A stretch of 64,000 nt of DNA from Candidatus Geothermarchaeota archaeon. Its GTDB lineage: Archaea > Thermoproteota > Nitrososphaeria > Geothermarchaeales > JDFR-13. Location: NCBI GenBank assembly GCA_015523725.1, contig WAJV01000107.1, positions 959-64,958 on the forward strand, given 5' to 3'. A program made the position numbers and the translations under genes. This document shows positions 51,794 through 61,156 of this stretch, in pieces (positions within the stretch are counted from its first letter, which is position 1; every line of letters starts with the position of its first letter). The notes below the pieces were generated by a model. That model ran no database searches. It worked only from the letters and a program-made list of their open reading frames with translations, and was not told where the DNA came from.

Positions 51794-54340
51794 CTAAATA
51801 CCTTCAGGGTCCACTATCCCAGCCCTAGTTATAGCGAATACAGCCTCCCCAGGCGGGTGCTCAGGACTATCCACAATTAAAGCTATTCTTAGATTCTTCT
51901 TGGACTTCCTTAAGTAAATCCGATAAGTAACTGCATGCGCCACTACATGGCCACCAACTGGTTTAGTCGGATCGCCAAACATTATATCCGGCTGCTCCTG
52001 AACCTGATTAGTAATCACTATCGCTACATCATACACCTCAGCTATTCTAAGAAGCTCATGCATAAATCTATTAAGTAATTGTTGTCTCTCCGAGAGTTTT
52101 CCCCTACCTATATATTCAGCCCTAAAAGGTGCAATTGCCGAGTCAATCGCGATAAAACCGACATTATTCTCCTTAATCTTTTTAGGTAAAGAATGACTCA
52201 ATAATAATAGATGAGTTGTATTAAAGGCTCTCGCCACAATTATCCGATGTAATGCATCCCGGGGATCCAATCCCCTAGCATTAGCTATATCCACTATCCT
52301 AGATGGACTAAAAGTCTTCTCAGTATCGATATATATGGCATTCATATTCAGACCTCCCTGATCCTCAGGCAGCTGCACATTAACAGCAAGAGTATGACAC
52401 AATTGCGTATTATGAAGTATACAGGGATTTACACCACCAATAAATGTATGATAACCTGGAACCACCACATCATACACGTAATCGTTATACTCTATTAATT
52501 TAGATTTAGTGACTATATCCCACCTCAAATCCTTTATAAATTCTATTGTAGAGACAGCATTTCTCAGAATCTGGATCCGTCGATCCAATTCCCCTAATAA
52601 GACCTCTCTAATCTTCTTCACTTTATTCCTGTCCCTAGGTAGCCCCCTATATACATAATTCCATATTGTAGTCTTTGAAACTCCTAGTTGATTTGCAAGA
52701 ATCCCCCTAACTGAGAATGGAATCTCCCTATAAATCCTCTTGAAATTAACCAGATCATTATCCTCATTAATCACATTTTTAAGCTCTATGAATTTCTCAA
52801 TGTATTTACTGAAGACATTAAGTACCCTATCTACAACATATGTCGAAATATATTTCTGCTTGGATTTAGCCAATCTAATTAGTAAATGATATGCAGCATC
52901 AGCTCCCCAACTATTCCCACCAACATCTTTCCGCAATCTCCCCCGATTACCGCCGATAGTTGATTTGTATACGTTCCTCAAGTAGGTAGAGATAATAGCA
53001 GGCAACTCATCATAATCTTTACTTCTTTTAATAGAATTAACTTCTCGAGATTTAAATGGCAGACTATCTATTTTATACCTATCGTTTCCACTGATAAATA
53101 TTTTATAATAGGTTTTCCCATTAATCTTCTTCTCCCTAAGAACTCCTCTCACTCCTATTCTCAATAATAGATACAGTATATTTGTAGCCAGTCTTTTACT
53201 GGCAGTAGAGAGTTCTATTGCCCCATATTCTCTATAATATCCGCCTCCTTCAATATACCCAGCCAAAAAAGCTTCCACAATCCTTCTAGGTCCATTTAAA
53301 ATAATCTCTGGAATCCATTTATCCCTTGATTTTACTTTAGAGACTTTCACAATCCATTCTCCAACAGGCTTTCTTAAAAGTATTCTAGGCGGATGCCTAC
53401 TACTTTTGTCTCTATATATTTTAGGCTTAAAACCGAACTTCCTATACACGTATTCAGTTATCCATCCTAGCAAACTCTCATCCTTCAGTGAAATCGATAA
53501 GGGATTATACCCTCCTTCAGCGATATATAGACCCATAAAATATGCATCATCTGAATCCAATCCATTGGATTTACCGGCCTCAAAGTCAATCTCTTTGGGA
53601 CACGCTATATAATCCCCCTCCCTTACTTCACTAGCCCTAACCCAGGAAACACCATCCTCCCTAAGAATTAATAATGGATGGCTCTTCGTAATCCTGAGGA
53701 TACCTCCAAACTCAGTATGTATCTCCATCAGCTTCGATACTTTTTCTCTATAAATATAAGGTGCAGCTACGACTTTAAAACCTTCAGGCCCTAAAGCAAG
53801 CACCTTCATTTCTGGAGCGGTGACTAAATAGCCGTCTCCATACTTAGTCTCACCATATAGATCCCTATAGTTTTCATAAAGTTTCTCCATTGTATCAATG
53901 TGTGGAGTGTCTGGATTAATATATAATATTGGAGTGTCCTTAGAGAAACATTTTCCTGAACCGAATTCACCATAGAACTCCGTCACCGCTCCAGTTGCAA
54001 TGCCGCCTTTAAGAAGCTCATCTAAATTTTTTGACCCTGTAGTTATATATCTCCTCATACTAATCTTCTCCATTAAATAGTCCGCAGTCACAAAATCATC
54101 CTCAACCAAGCCACGTTCCTTTAATAAGTTATATGCATTTAGAATAATCTTCTCAGCTCTCTCCACCCCAGTATTCAGCATCTCAGCCAGTTGTATAGGC
54201 GAATATAATAATAATCCCTTCGCATCAGTTATACCCAGCTCCCTTAACTTCCTAGCAGTAACATCACCGATACCGGGAACCTCTTTTAAACTAACCTCTT
54301 CACTCACAACAATCTCCCCACTATACAGATTATACCTCAA
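51794..54340 (-). CDS. radA: DNA repair and recombination protein RadA, interrupted by a 514-aa intein in the Walker A motif
   Basis: N-terminal HhH. GEFGSGK|C...HN|TQLCHTLAVNVQLP splice junctions. Exteins sum to 334 aa with classic RadA motifs. Confidence 0.9.
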   Translation of the reverse strand: MRYNLYSGEIVVSEEVSLKEVPGIGDVTARKLRELGITDAKGLLLYSPIQLAEMLNTGVERAEKIILNAYNLLKERGLVEDDFVTADYLMEKISMRRYITTGSKNLDELLKGGIATGAVTEFYGEFGSGKCFSKDTPILYINPDTPHIDTMEKLYENYRDLYGETKYGDGYLVTAPEMKVLALGPEGFKVVAAPYIYREKVSKLMEIHTEFGGILRITKSHPLLILREDGVSWVRASEVREGDYIACPKEIDFEAGKSNGLDSDDAYFMGLYIAEGGYNPLSISLKDESLLGWITEYVYRKFGFKPKIYRDKSSRHPPRILLRKPVGEWIVKVSKVKSRDKWIPEIILNGPRRIVEAFLAGYIEGGGYYREYGAIELSTASKRLATNILYLLLRIGVRGVLREKKINGKTYYKIFISGNDRYKIDSLPFKSREVNSIKRSKDYDELPAIISTYLRNVYKSTIGGNRGRLRKDVGGNSWGADAAYHLLIRLAKSKQKYISTYVVDRVLNVFSKYIEKFIELKNVINEDNDLVNFKRIYREIPFSVRGILANQLGVSKTTIWNYVYRGLPRDRNKVKKIREVLLGELDRRIQILRNAVSTIEFIKDLRWDIVTKSKLIEYNDYVYDVVVPGYHTFIGGVNPCILHNTQLCHTLAVNVQLPEDQGGLNMNAIYIDTEKTFSPSRIVDIANARGLDPRDALHRIIVARAFNTTHLLLLSHSLPKKIKENNVGFIAIDSAIAPFRAEYIGRGKLSERQQLLNRFMHELLRIAEVYDVAIVITNQVQEQPDIMFGDPTKPVGGHVVAHAVTYRIYLRKSKKNLRIALIVDSPEHPPGEAVFAITRAGIVDPEGI
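52409..53950 (-). mobile_element. RadA P-loop intein with LAGLIDADG homing endonuclease domain (in-frame protein-splicing element)
   Basis: Begins with Cys after GSGK. Block B TKSHPLL. Two dodecapeptide motifs FMGLYIAEGG / FLAGYIEGGG. Ends ILHN followed by Thr+1. Confidence 0.85.
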
Positions 54341-54359
54341 TATATAAATTTAATATTCT

Positions 54360-55667
54360 TTAAGGATATAACCTAGTCGGCGTCCTAGGGAATAAAGTAG
54401 CATCCCTTACATGGGGAAGATCCAATAACCACCTCAATACACGCTCGACACCCATTCCGAATCCGGAGTGAGGCGGCATCCCATAACGCCTAATATCAAT
54501 ATACCAACCATAATCCTCTGGATTCAAACCCATCCTCTTAATCTTCTCAATCAAATACTTATAATCATGAATTCGTTGGCCACCAGAAGTTATTTCTCCA
54601 TAACCCATTGGAGCCATTAAGTCGGATGATAAAGTTACCTCGGGTCTCCTCGGATCATCCATATGATAAAAACTCCTCGTACTCACAGGAAATCCATAAA
54701 CAAAAAATGGCTTATCAAACTCCATACTCAGGACACGCTCCTCATCAGCCCCGAAATCCTCACCCCACTCGATCTCAACTCCCTTCCTCTGAAGTAGCTC
54801 AATAGCTTCATCGTAACTAATTCTCTCAAATCTTGAATCCACATCAGGCAAACCCTTCCCTCTCACATATTTAATTTCATCTGGAACAATCTCCTCCATC
54901 CTATTAACGATATATTTAAGAAGTTCCTCCTCAATATCCATAATATCTTCATGGTCAGCGAAAGCAACCTCAGCCTCAATATGAAGAAACTCGGTTAGGT
55001 GTTTTCTAGTCCTCGACTTCTCAGCCCTAAAGCTGGGTTGTATGACAAATACCTTCTCGAAGACACATATAGCAGCCTCCTCATAGAATTGGCTGCTCTG
55101 TGTTAAATAAGCCTTCTTATCAAAATATTTTAACTCGAAGAGAGTTGCTCCTCCTTCTACAGCAGAGGTTATAAACGTAGGCGCAGTAATCAATACATAC
55201 CCATTTTTAATAAAATATTCCCAAGCAGATTGAACCAAGGCACTCCTAGCTAATAAAATAGCTCTTGATTTTGGGCCCCTAATAGTTAAGTGACGTAGAT
55301 CAAACATTGAATCAGGAGATTTGGCTACCGATGGCGTTATCGGCCATACCTCAGCCTTAGCAACCACATCAATATTCTTTATATGAACCTCAACTCCACC
55401 GGGAGCCCTAGGATCCCTCTTAACCCATCCTACAACAGCGACTGCACTCTCAACCGGAATATCAGCCACTTCACTGAACCTCTTCCCCAACTTATCTGCA
55501 TCACCAACCAGCTGCACATATCCATATCTATCCCTAAGCATGAAGAAAACCTTATTTGAATGCACCCTCTTAGTGAATATCCATCCAATTAACTTAACCT
55601 CCTCTCCCTCCCTAGCACTAGACAATTTCCTAGAGTCCGAATTCCTCCATTTAATTAGTCCAGCCAT
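54360..55667 (-). CDS. aspS: aspartyl-tRNA synthetase, archaeal type
   Basis: N-terminal OB fold, class II motifs (…FRAE…, …GFGMGVERV…). 435 aa. Confidence 0.85.
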   Translation of the reverse strand: MAGLIKWRNSDSRKLSSAREGEEVKLIGWIFTKRVHSNKVFFMLRDRYGYVQLVGDADKLGKRFSEVADIPVESAVAVVGWVKRDPRAPGGVEVHIKNIDVVAKAEVWPITPSVAKSPDSMFDLRHLTIRGPKSRAILLARSALVQSAWEYFIKNGYVLITAPTFITSAVEGGATLFELKYFDKKAYLTQSSQFYEEAAICVFEKVFVIQPSFRAEKSRTRKHLTEFLHIEAEVAFADHEDIMDIEEELLKYIVNRMEEIVPDEIKYVRGKGLPDVDSRFERISYDEAIELLQRKGVEIEWGEDFGADEERVLSMEFDKPFFVYGFPVSTRSFYHMDDPRRPEVTLSSDLMAPMGYGEITSGGQRIHDYKYLIEKIKRMGLNPEDYGWYIDIRRYGMPPHSGFGMGVERVLRWLLDLPHVRDATLFPRTPTRLYP

Positions 55668-55670
55668 CTA

Positions 55671-56819
55671 TTAATCCACCATCCCCTCAACCATATCTAC
55701 AATATTATCCAGACCATTATATCTAATTAACTGCCTCCTTATATTAACTAGGTTACCCAAATAAACAGAATAGTTACCAAAGATCTTCCTAAGTGTATTT
55801 AACAATATTTTTGGAGAACGCCTCAATTCATTAAAATCAATATATTCTCCAATCCCCAGATCCATCACACGCTTCGCATTCTCAATCTGCTCAGTCTGAT
55901 TAACAGCCGGTATCACAATCATCGGGGTCAATGAATATATAGACTCAAAGATGCTTGTTTGACCTCCCCTCAAAACAACCACATTCACACTACCTAAAAA
56001 CCCGTACTTATCCTCAATCCATCCATTCACCAGCAACCCTCTACCCTTAATAAATAAATCCTTTTTACTTGGGTCACCCAGAGACACCCTAACCCTATAT
56101 CTTCCCCGAAGCACATTAAGTAACTTGAGGACTTCCATACTAAAAATCTTTTTATCTAAATAAGGCGCACTTATGTAAAAACCCAGATCCCACTCCCTAC
56201 CACCTGGCTTAACCTCAATACTAGGCTGCTCAATAATAGGACCAGTGAATACGATCTTTGATAATAGGTCTCCGCCATACATCGAGATAACATCTATAAT
56301 ATTTCTATATGTAATAGTATAGGGTGGAGGTAAGTCAAGCAAGGCAACCAAGTCACTCATTAACCATATCTTTGGGAAAACCTTATATAAAATAAGGTTA
56401 TTCAACAATTCACTATTCGAGGAAACTGATAATTGATTCGTTAATACTAACCTAGGAATATCTCTAAACACACGTGTAGAAAATTGTGACAAGGGTTTAG
56501 AATCTATTATAATTAAATCCGGGTTTATCAAATCAATGATCTTCCTCTCAACATAGATAGCTGTCCTATAATAACCAAACTTGGAAATATAATGAAGTGA
56601 TGAATATAATGGAGAGAAACCTGAGTCACTCCATTTAATTATCATACCCGGTGCCTTAACAACCCTCTTAAAACCCACTCCCCAATAATATTCCAAGGCG
56701 TCTCCAGAGGCCGCTACATAAACTTCATGGCCTCGCTCAACCAATCTACCAATTATTTTATGGGTCCTACTAGCATGGCCGAAGCCCAAACCACAAACTA
56801 CAAACAATATTCTCATCAA
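55671..56819 (-). CDS. glycosyltransferase, MJ1255/UDP-glycosyltransferase-like (GT-B)
   Basis: N-terminus MRILFVVCGLGFGHASR is typical of MurG/MGT-like GT-B enzymes. Confidence 0.45.
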   Translation of the reverse strand: MMRILFVVCGLGFGHASRTHKIIGRLVERGHEVYVAASGDALEYYWGVGFKRVVKAPGMIIKWSDSGFSPLYSSLHYISKFGYYRTAIYVERKIIDLINPDLIIIDSKPLSQFSTRVFRDIPRLVLTNQLSVSSNSELLNNLILYKVFPKIWLMSDLVALLDLPPPYTITYRNIIDVISMYGGDLLSKIVFTGPIIEQPSIEVKPGGREWDLGFYISAPYLDKKIFSMEVLKLLNVLRGRYRVRVSLGDPSKKDLFIKGRGLLVNGWIEDKYGFLGSVNVVVLRGGQTSIFESIYSLTPMIVIPAVNQTEQIENAKRVMDLGIGEYIDFNELRRSPKILLNTLRKIFGNYSVYLGNLVNIRRQLIRYNGLDNIVDMVEGMVD

Positions 56820-56828
56820 TAATCCCTA

Positions 56829-57491
56829 CTAACATTTCGGAAACTTCTCCTCAACCACTTCCCCACCCGGAGACTTCTCAATAAAAACCTGAGCCTCAAA
56901 CCTATATATCTCAACACCCTTATAGAGATAAGCATCTGGAGGCAAACCAGCCTTCATAGATAAATGAATTAAATACTCCTCCGCACTCCACCCATATTCA
57001 ACTGGCACCTGAGGCAATAATAAACCACTATAAGGACCATATCTCAATACCAAACCATCTCTACCTACAACTATCTTCTTAGGAAGCTCGAGGGGAGACT
57101 TATACTCCACCTTCTCCAACGGAGTTAATACGGAGACCTCAAAAACACAGTCATTGAACTCACTCAGTTTTAATGGAGTGAATCTAGGGTCATTAAACGC
57201 CGACTCAATCGCTGTCTCCATAACAGCCTTATAAAGCGGCTTAATCGGCATTGGATATCCTATACATCCCCTCAACTCCCTCTCCCCACCCACCAATTTA
57301 TATATAGTAGTAAAGACACCCCTCTCCATCTTCAACCTATCCGTCAATTTAGATTCATCAACCCTAGGCAATTCCAGGCCAGCCAATTTACTATATACAG
57401 TCTCCCTAGCCAACTTAACTAAATATGCGCCTTCATCAAGCGATAATTTTACATCATCCATGTAACAACCACCCAACACCGAGATATACAC
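56829..57491 (-). CDS. AMMECR1 domain protein
   Basis: LRGCIGYP motif. About 200 aa. Confidence 0.7.
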   Translation of the reverse strand: MYISVLGGCYMDDVKLSLDEGAYLVKLARETVYSKLAGLELPRVDESKLTDRLKMERGVFTTIYKLVGGERELRGCIGYPMPIKPLYKAVMETAIESAFNDPRFTPLKLSEFNDCVFEVSVLTPLEKVEYKSPLELPKKIVVGRDGLVLRYGPYSGLLLPQVPVEYGWSAEEYLIHLSMKAGLPPDAYLYKGVEIYRFEAQVFIEKSPGGEVVEEKFPKC

Positions 57492-57600
57492 ATCAATTAA
57501 ATTATTTGTGGATAAATATAGAATATTAATGTCAGTAAAGACTTATTCTATTAATATTCCAAGTACCTAATAAAAGGTAGACATATGGCTGGTGTTTTAA

Positions 57601-58740
57601 ATGGGCAGGGTATTTAAAGAAGGCGGTGAACATATTTTCAGCACGGGATACGTTCCGGATGAACTCCCCCACAGAGAAGAACAGATTAAACAATTAGTAG
57701 ATATAATAAGAGACGGCTTGGAAGTCGATGCATACCATGTACCCATCCTATATGGAGAGACAGGTACAGGTAAAACAACGACTATAATCCATGTACTCAA
57801 TATAATTGATAGAAGATATAAAGGAAGAGTACAGGTAAAACGTGTAAATGCAACGATAAAGAATAGAAGTTACCTCGCTATAACCGATTTAGCGGAAAAG
57901 TTTATCCCTGTACCACCTAGAGGACTAAGTATAGAGGAGATACTAAGCAGACTATATGATAAACTAGACATCCAAGACATGCAATATGTCTTTGCAATAG
58001 ATGATGCAGATGAACTAATTAGAAGGGAGAAGGGAAAGATACTGGAATTGTTGACGAGGATAGAAGAGAACTATGATAGACGACTATTATTCCCAATAAT
58101 AGTGGTTAGGAATCTAAAGTATATTGATGCACTCCCAAGCCATATAACCTCAAAATTAGGAGGCCTTAGAATAGCATTTCCACCATACAAAAAAAGAGAA
58201 TTAAAGGATATTCTTAAAGAAAGAATTGAGAAAGGTATTAGGGATGGGGGAATCACCCAAAACGCCATAGAATGCGCCACCTATAATGTAGAGAAATTGC
58301 TTGGTGGAAACGCCAGAGAACTACTAAATATAATATTAATGGCCGGGAAGCTGGTTGAAAGGAGGGGAGGGGATAAAATAGAGTCGGAGCATATTAGACA
58401 GGCATTATATGAGTCATACTCATCTCGACTCTCATCAGGATTAACCATAAAGAAACCCAGAGATAAGAAATATAGGGTGTTATGGGCAATCTATAAAGTA
58501 CTTCATGAAGAGCAAGACAAATATTATATAGATGATGAGATAATACAAGAAGCATTTGAAATATATAAAACAACCTTCCAAATCGAAGACCTAAACAAAG
58601 AAGATATTCCCGACATCCTTCTCGACATGGCTATATATGAAAAACAGAATCTAATTGCCTTAGATGAGGGTAGACTAGCAGCAGCCCATTATCCAGTAAG
58701 CCTAGTATTTCAGATATTAACTAACAACCTATTCTTCTAG
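57601..58740 (+). CDS. orc1: Orc1/Cdc6 replication initiator
   Basis: AAA+ Walker A LYGETGTGKTTT, Walker B AIDDADEL, and a C-terminal winged helix. Confidence 0.8.
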   Translation: MGRVFKEGGEHIFSTGYVPDELPHREEQIKQLVDIIRDGLEVDAYHVPILYGETGTGKTTTIIHVLNIIDRRYKGRVQVKRVNATIKNRSYLAITDLAEKFIPVPPRGLSIEEILSRLYDKLDIQDMQYVFAIDDADELIRREKGKILELLTRIEENYDRRLLFPIIVVRNLKYIDALPSHITSKLGGLRIAFPPYKKRELKDILKERIEKGIRDGGITQNAIECATYNVEKLLGGNARELLNIILMAGKLVERRGGDKIESEHIRQALYESYSSRLSSGLTIKKPRDKKYRVLWAIYKVLHEEQDKYYIDDEIIQEAFEIYKTTFQIEDLNKEDIPDILLDMAIYEKQNLIALDEGRLAAAHYPVSLVFQILTNNLFF

Positions 58741-58827
58741 ATTAATTACTAATTAATACTTTCACTTACCTCTCTCCACAGAGATACAAACCCAGTCAAA
58801 TATATCAAAAAACATTAAATAAGTGGT

Positions 58828-59118
58828 ATGAAGAAGTTAGTTCTCTATACACCCGAGAATATTGAGGGAGAGAAACTATTTAGATTAGTTAAGGCCTTGA
58901 AGCAGGAGGCTGAACTACTCAGACTAAGCTTCACAGGACCCATATTCCGAGAAGACGATAAATTAGTAGTCTACTATGAAGACGATGAGATAAGGACATT
59001 CATCTATGTAGATGATCTAAATAATGAATTGGATACGGAGAAAATAAGAGCCACAATAAAGGTCTTAGCCTTAATAGCGATGGATAAAGAAGAGGAAATA
59101 TATGTCGAAAACATATAA
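58828..59118 (+). CDS. hypothetical acidic protein
   Basis: 96 aa with native codon usage. No motif. Confidence 0.3.
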   Translation: MKKLVLYTPENIEGEKLFRLVKALKQEAELLRLSFTGPIFREDDKLVVYYEDDEIRTFIYVDDLNNELDTEKIRATIKVLALIAMDKEEEIYVENI

Positions 59119-59126
59119 ATAAAAGA

Positions 59127-59438
59127 CTAGTGGCACCCCATCCCATAAGAATCATAGTCATAATTATCCATCATACCATCATAGCCATGCATCATATGCA
59201 TATGGTGCATCATATCCTCGCACTCCTCGTGAGACTCTGGATAGCCATGGTCATCATCAGTGGAATGCCCTTCATCACCAGCCATCATACCGCCACCCCA
59301 GTGAGCACCATGCATTACTGAACTATATACATATCCAGAGACCAAGGGCGCCACCGCCAACACAAACAATAAACCAACCAGAACAACCAATAAACCATCC
59401 TTCATAACAATCACCAATCCCATCATAAACAGAAACAA
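59127..59438 (-). CDS. secreted Met/His-rich putative metal (Cu/Co/Ni)-binding protein
   Basis: Signal/TM anchor, then a C-terminal 50 aa packed with H and M (MMHHMHMMHGYDGMM, HWGGGMMAGDEGH). T/G3 codon usage unlike neighbouring native genes. Confidence 0.5.
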   Translation of the reverse strand: MFLFMMGLVIVMKDGLLVVLVGLLFVLAVAPLVSGYVYSSVMHGAHWGGGMMAGDEGHSTDDDHGYPESHEECEDMMHHMHMMHGYDGMMDNYDYDSYGMGCH

Positions 59439-59531
59439 TACTTAAACATACCTGAAACAAGCCGAAACAACCCCGAACAAAAAACAAAAACTTAAAAACA
59501 AAAACCAAAAAAATATACAATACAGAAACTA

Positions 59532-59624
59532 GGGCCCGTCGTCTAGCTTGGCTAGGATGCCAGCCTGGGGACCCATATTGGGCTAGTGCGCTGGTGATCG
59601 TGGGTTCAAATCCCACCGGGCCCA
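59532..59624 (+). tRNA. tRNA-Pro (anticodon GGG by the preferred fold, UGG alternative) with an approximately 18-nt intron after position 37
   Basis: Acceptor GGGCCCG/CGGGCCC. T-arm GTGGG-TTCAAAT-CCCAC. Anticodon stem CCAGC/GCTGG. Loop C-T-GGG-G, then an 18-nt insert. Discriminator A. Confidence 0.7.
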
Positions 59625-60212
59625 CCTAGGACCCTTATTTATTTTTAGTGTATAAGTTTCGACTGATGTTTTAGGAGTGGATATTAATAAATAAAGATGA
59701 GGATGGAGCTGGTTTTTCTATATGATAGGCCTAGTTGCATTTCTAGTATGCTGAAACTAGCTTCACCGAGAGATCTCTGGACAAACTGCTCTATAAAAAT
59801 AACTATTTGATAGTTATGATGATTTGTCATGAGTTTCTCACCGTCTCTCTTGATAGATACGCTTCCAGCCTTAGTAACTAGGTATGGTCCTGTAGCTGTT
59901 ATATCAAGATATTTCTCTAGTAGGTACTTTACATAGTATAGTAGTTTTATACTGTTGTTTGAAAGAAATATTCGCATAAACCTATAATTAGATCCGTCTT
60001 ATCGTATAGTCTTCTTAGGAGCTTGCTACGGTTTCATGGTTATACCTGATGTATGGTGTCAATGTTTCCAATGTCTGCCATTTATACTATGTGCAGAACC
60101 CCTTCGAGCTATAGTATATTCTCCACATATTTTAGCTAATACTCCATATTGGCGTCTTATATTTCTGTCACTTAATTTACATTCCCAATAATTTTTATAT
60201 TATGGTGTTATT

Positions 60213-61145
60213 ATGCATATACCTGATGGTGTTCTAGATCCAGCTACATCATCATTTTTCTATTTAATAACTATCATATATGGCATATTAGTGATAAAGT
60301 ATATTAAAAGGAAAAGAGGCGTCTCGGATTATAACATATCAGTTATCTCCACCGTAACTGCATTAGTATTTATTGCTCAAATGATTAACTGGCCTATTCC
60401 AGGTGGTACGTCTCTACATTTGGTTGGTGGCGGATTAGTGGGTGTGTTATTAGGCCCCATTTATGGCTATCTTTCGATGTCTATTGTTCTAGCTGTTCAA
60501 TGTTTCCTTTTTGGCGACGGAGGAGTGTCGGCATTAGGGGCCAATATTTTTAATATGGCTATTATCGGTGTCTTAAGCGGGTATGTTGTATACCGCATTA
60601 CAAAACAATTTTTATCGAATTCTTCCAAAGCCGTTTTTATTGCCGGTTTTTTGGCAGGATGGTTGAGCCTTGCGCTAGCAGGATTTGCTTGTGGGGTAGA
60701 GATCGGAATATCCAGATATTTCGGATTTAACTTAGGGATTACTGTACCAATCATGACCGGATGGCACATTATATTAGGGCTCATTGAAGGTTTTTTAACA
60801 GCATTAATATTGGAATATTTCTCTAGAAAATTTGGTAACGAGTATCTACTAACTGGTGGAAACGCAAGTTATGATCTCAGTATAATAAATGCATCAATGG
60901 TCTTAGCTCTCTTTGTATCCCCATTGTTTTCCATTTTCCTAGCTAATATGATGGGTTACAAGGAGCCTATAGATCTAATACTTGATTTAATAGGTTTTAA
61001 GACAGGGGGAAGAGTTTTAACATCACCCTTTATGGGGTATTCATTCCCCTTTCTACCCAGTTTTTTAGGATATATTCTTTCAGGTTTTATTGGTGTAACA
61101 GTCATTTATGCGATATTTATAATGGTTAAGCTTGTATCCAAATGA
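60213..61145 (+). CDS. cbiM: ECF transporter substrate-specific component CbiM/NikM, probably CbiM-CbiN fusion
   Basis: Diagnostic N-terminus MHIPDGVL. 310 aa with a roughly 90-aa two-TM C-terminal extension. T3 codon usage. Confidence 0.7.
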   Translation: MHIPDGVLDPATSSFFYLITIIYGILVIKYIKRKRGVSDYNISVISTVTALVFIAQMINWPIPGGTSLHLVGGGLVGVLLGPIYGYLSMSIVLAVQCFLFGDGGVSALGANIFNMAIIGVLSGYVVYRITKQFLSNSSKAVFIAGFLAGWLSLALAGFACGVEIGISRYFGFNLGITVPIMTGWHIILGLIEGFLTALILEYFSRKFGNEYLLTGGNASYDLSIINASMVLALFVSPLFSIFLANMMGYKEPIDLILDLIGFKTGGRVLTSPFMGYSFPFLPSFLGYILSGFIGVTVIYAIFIMVKLVSK

Positions 61146-61156
61146 GCTGACTATAT

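Noticed and set aside
57492-57600. Replication origin (ORB elements) upstream of orc1/cdc6
   Set aside because: The intergenic region is only about 110 nt. It has no recognisable ORB-like inverted repeats or a long AT-rich DUE. The origin is probably elsewhere.
59323-59625. 100-aa minus-strand ORF
   Set aside because: Overlaps the tRNA-Pro gene and the low-complexity tract. No coding signal.
59684-59977. 97-aa minus-strand ORF after the tRNA, considered as an integrase fragment
   Set aside because: No convincing tyrosine-recombinase motifs (R-H-R-Y box) recognisable by eye. Kept only as part of the decayed-region finding.
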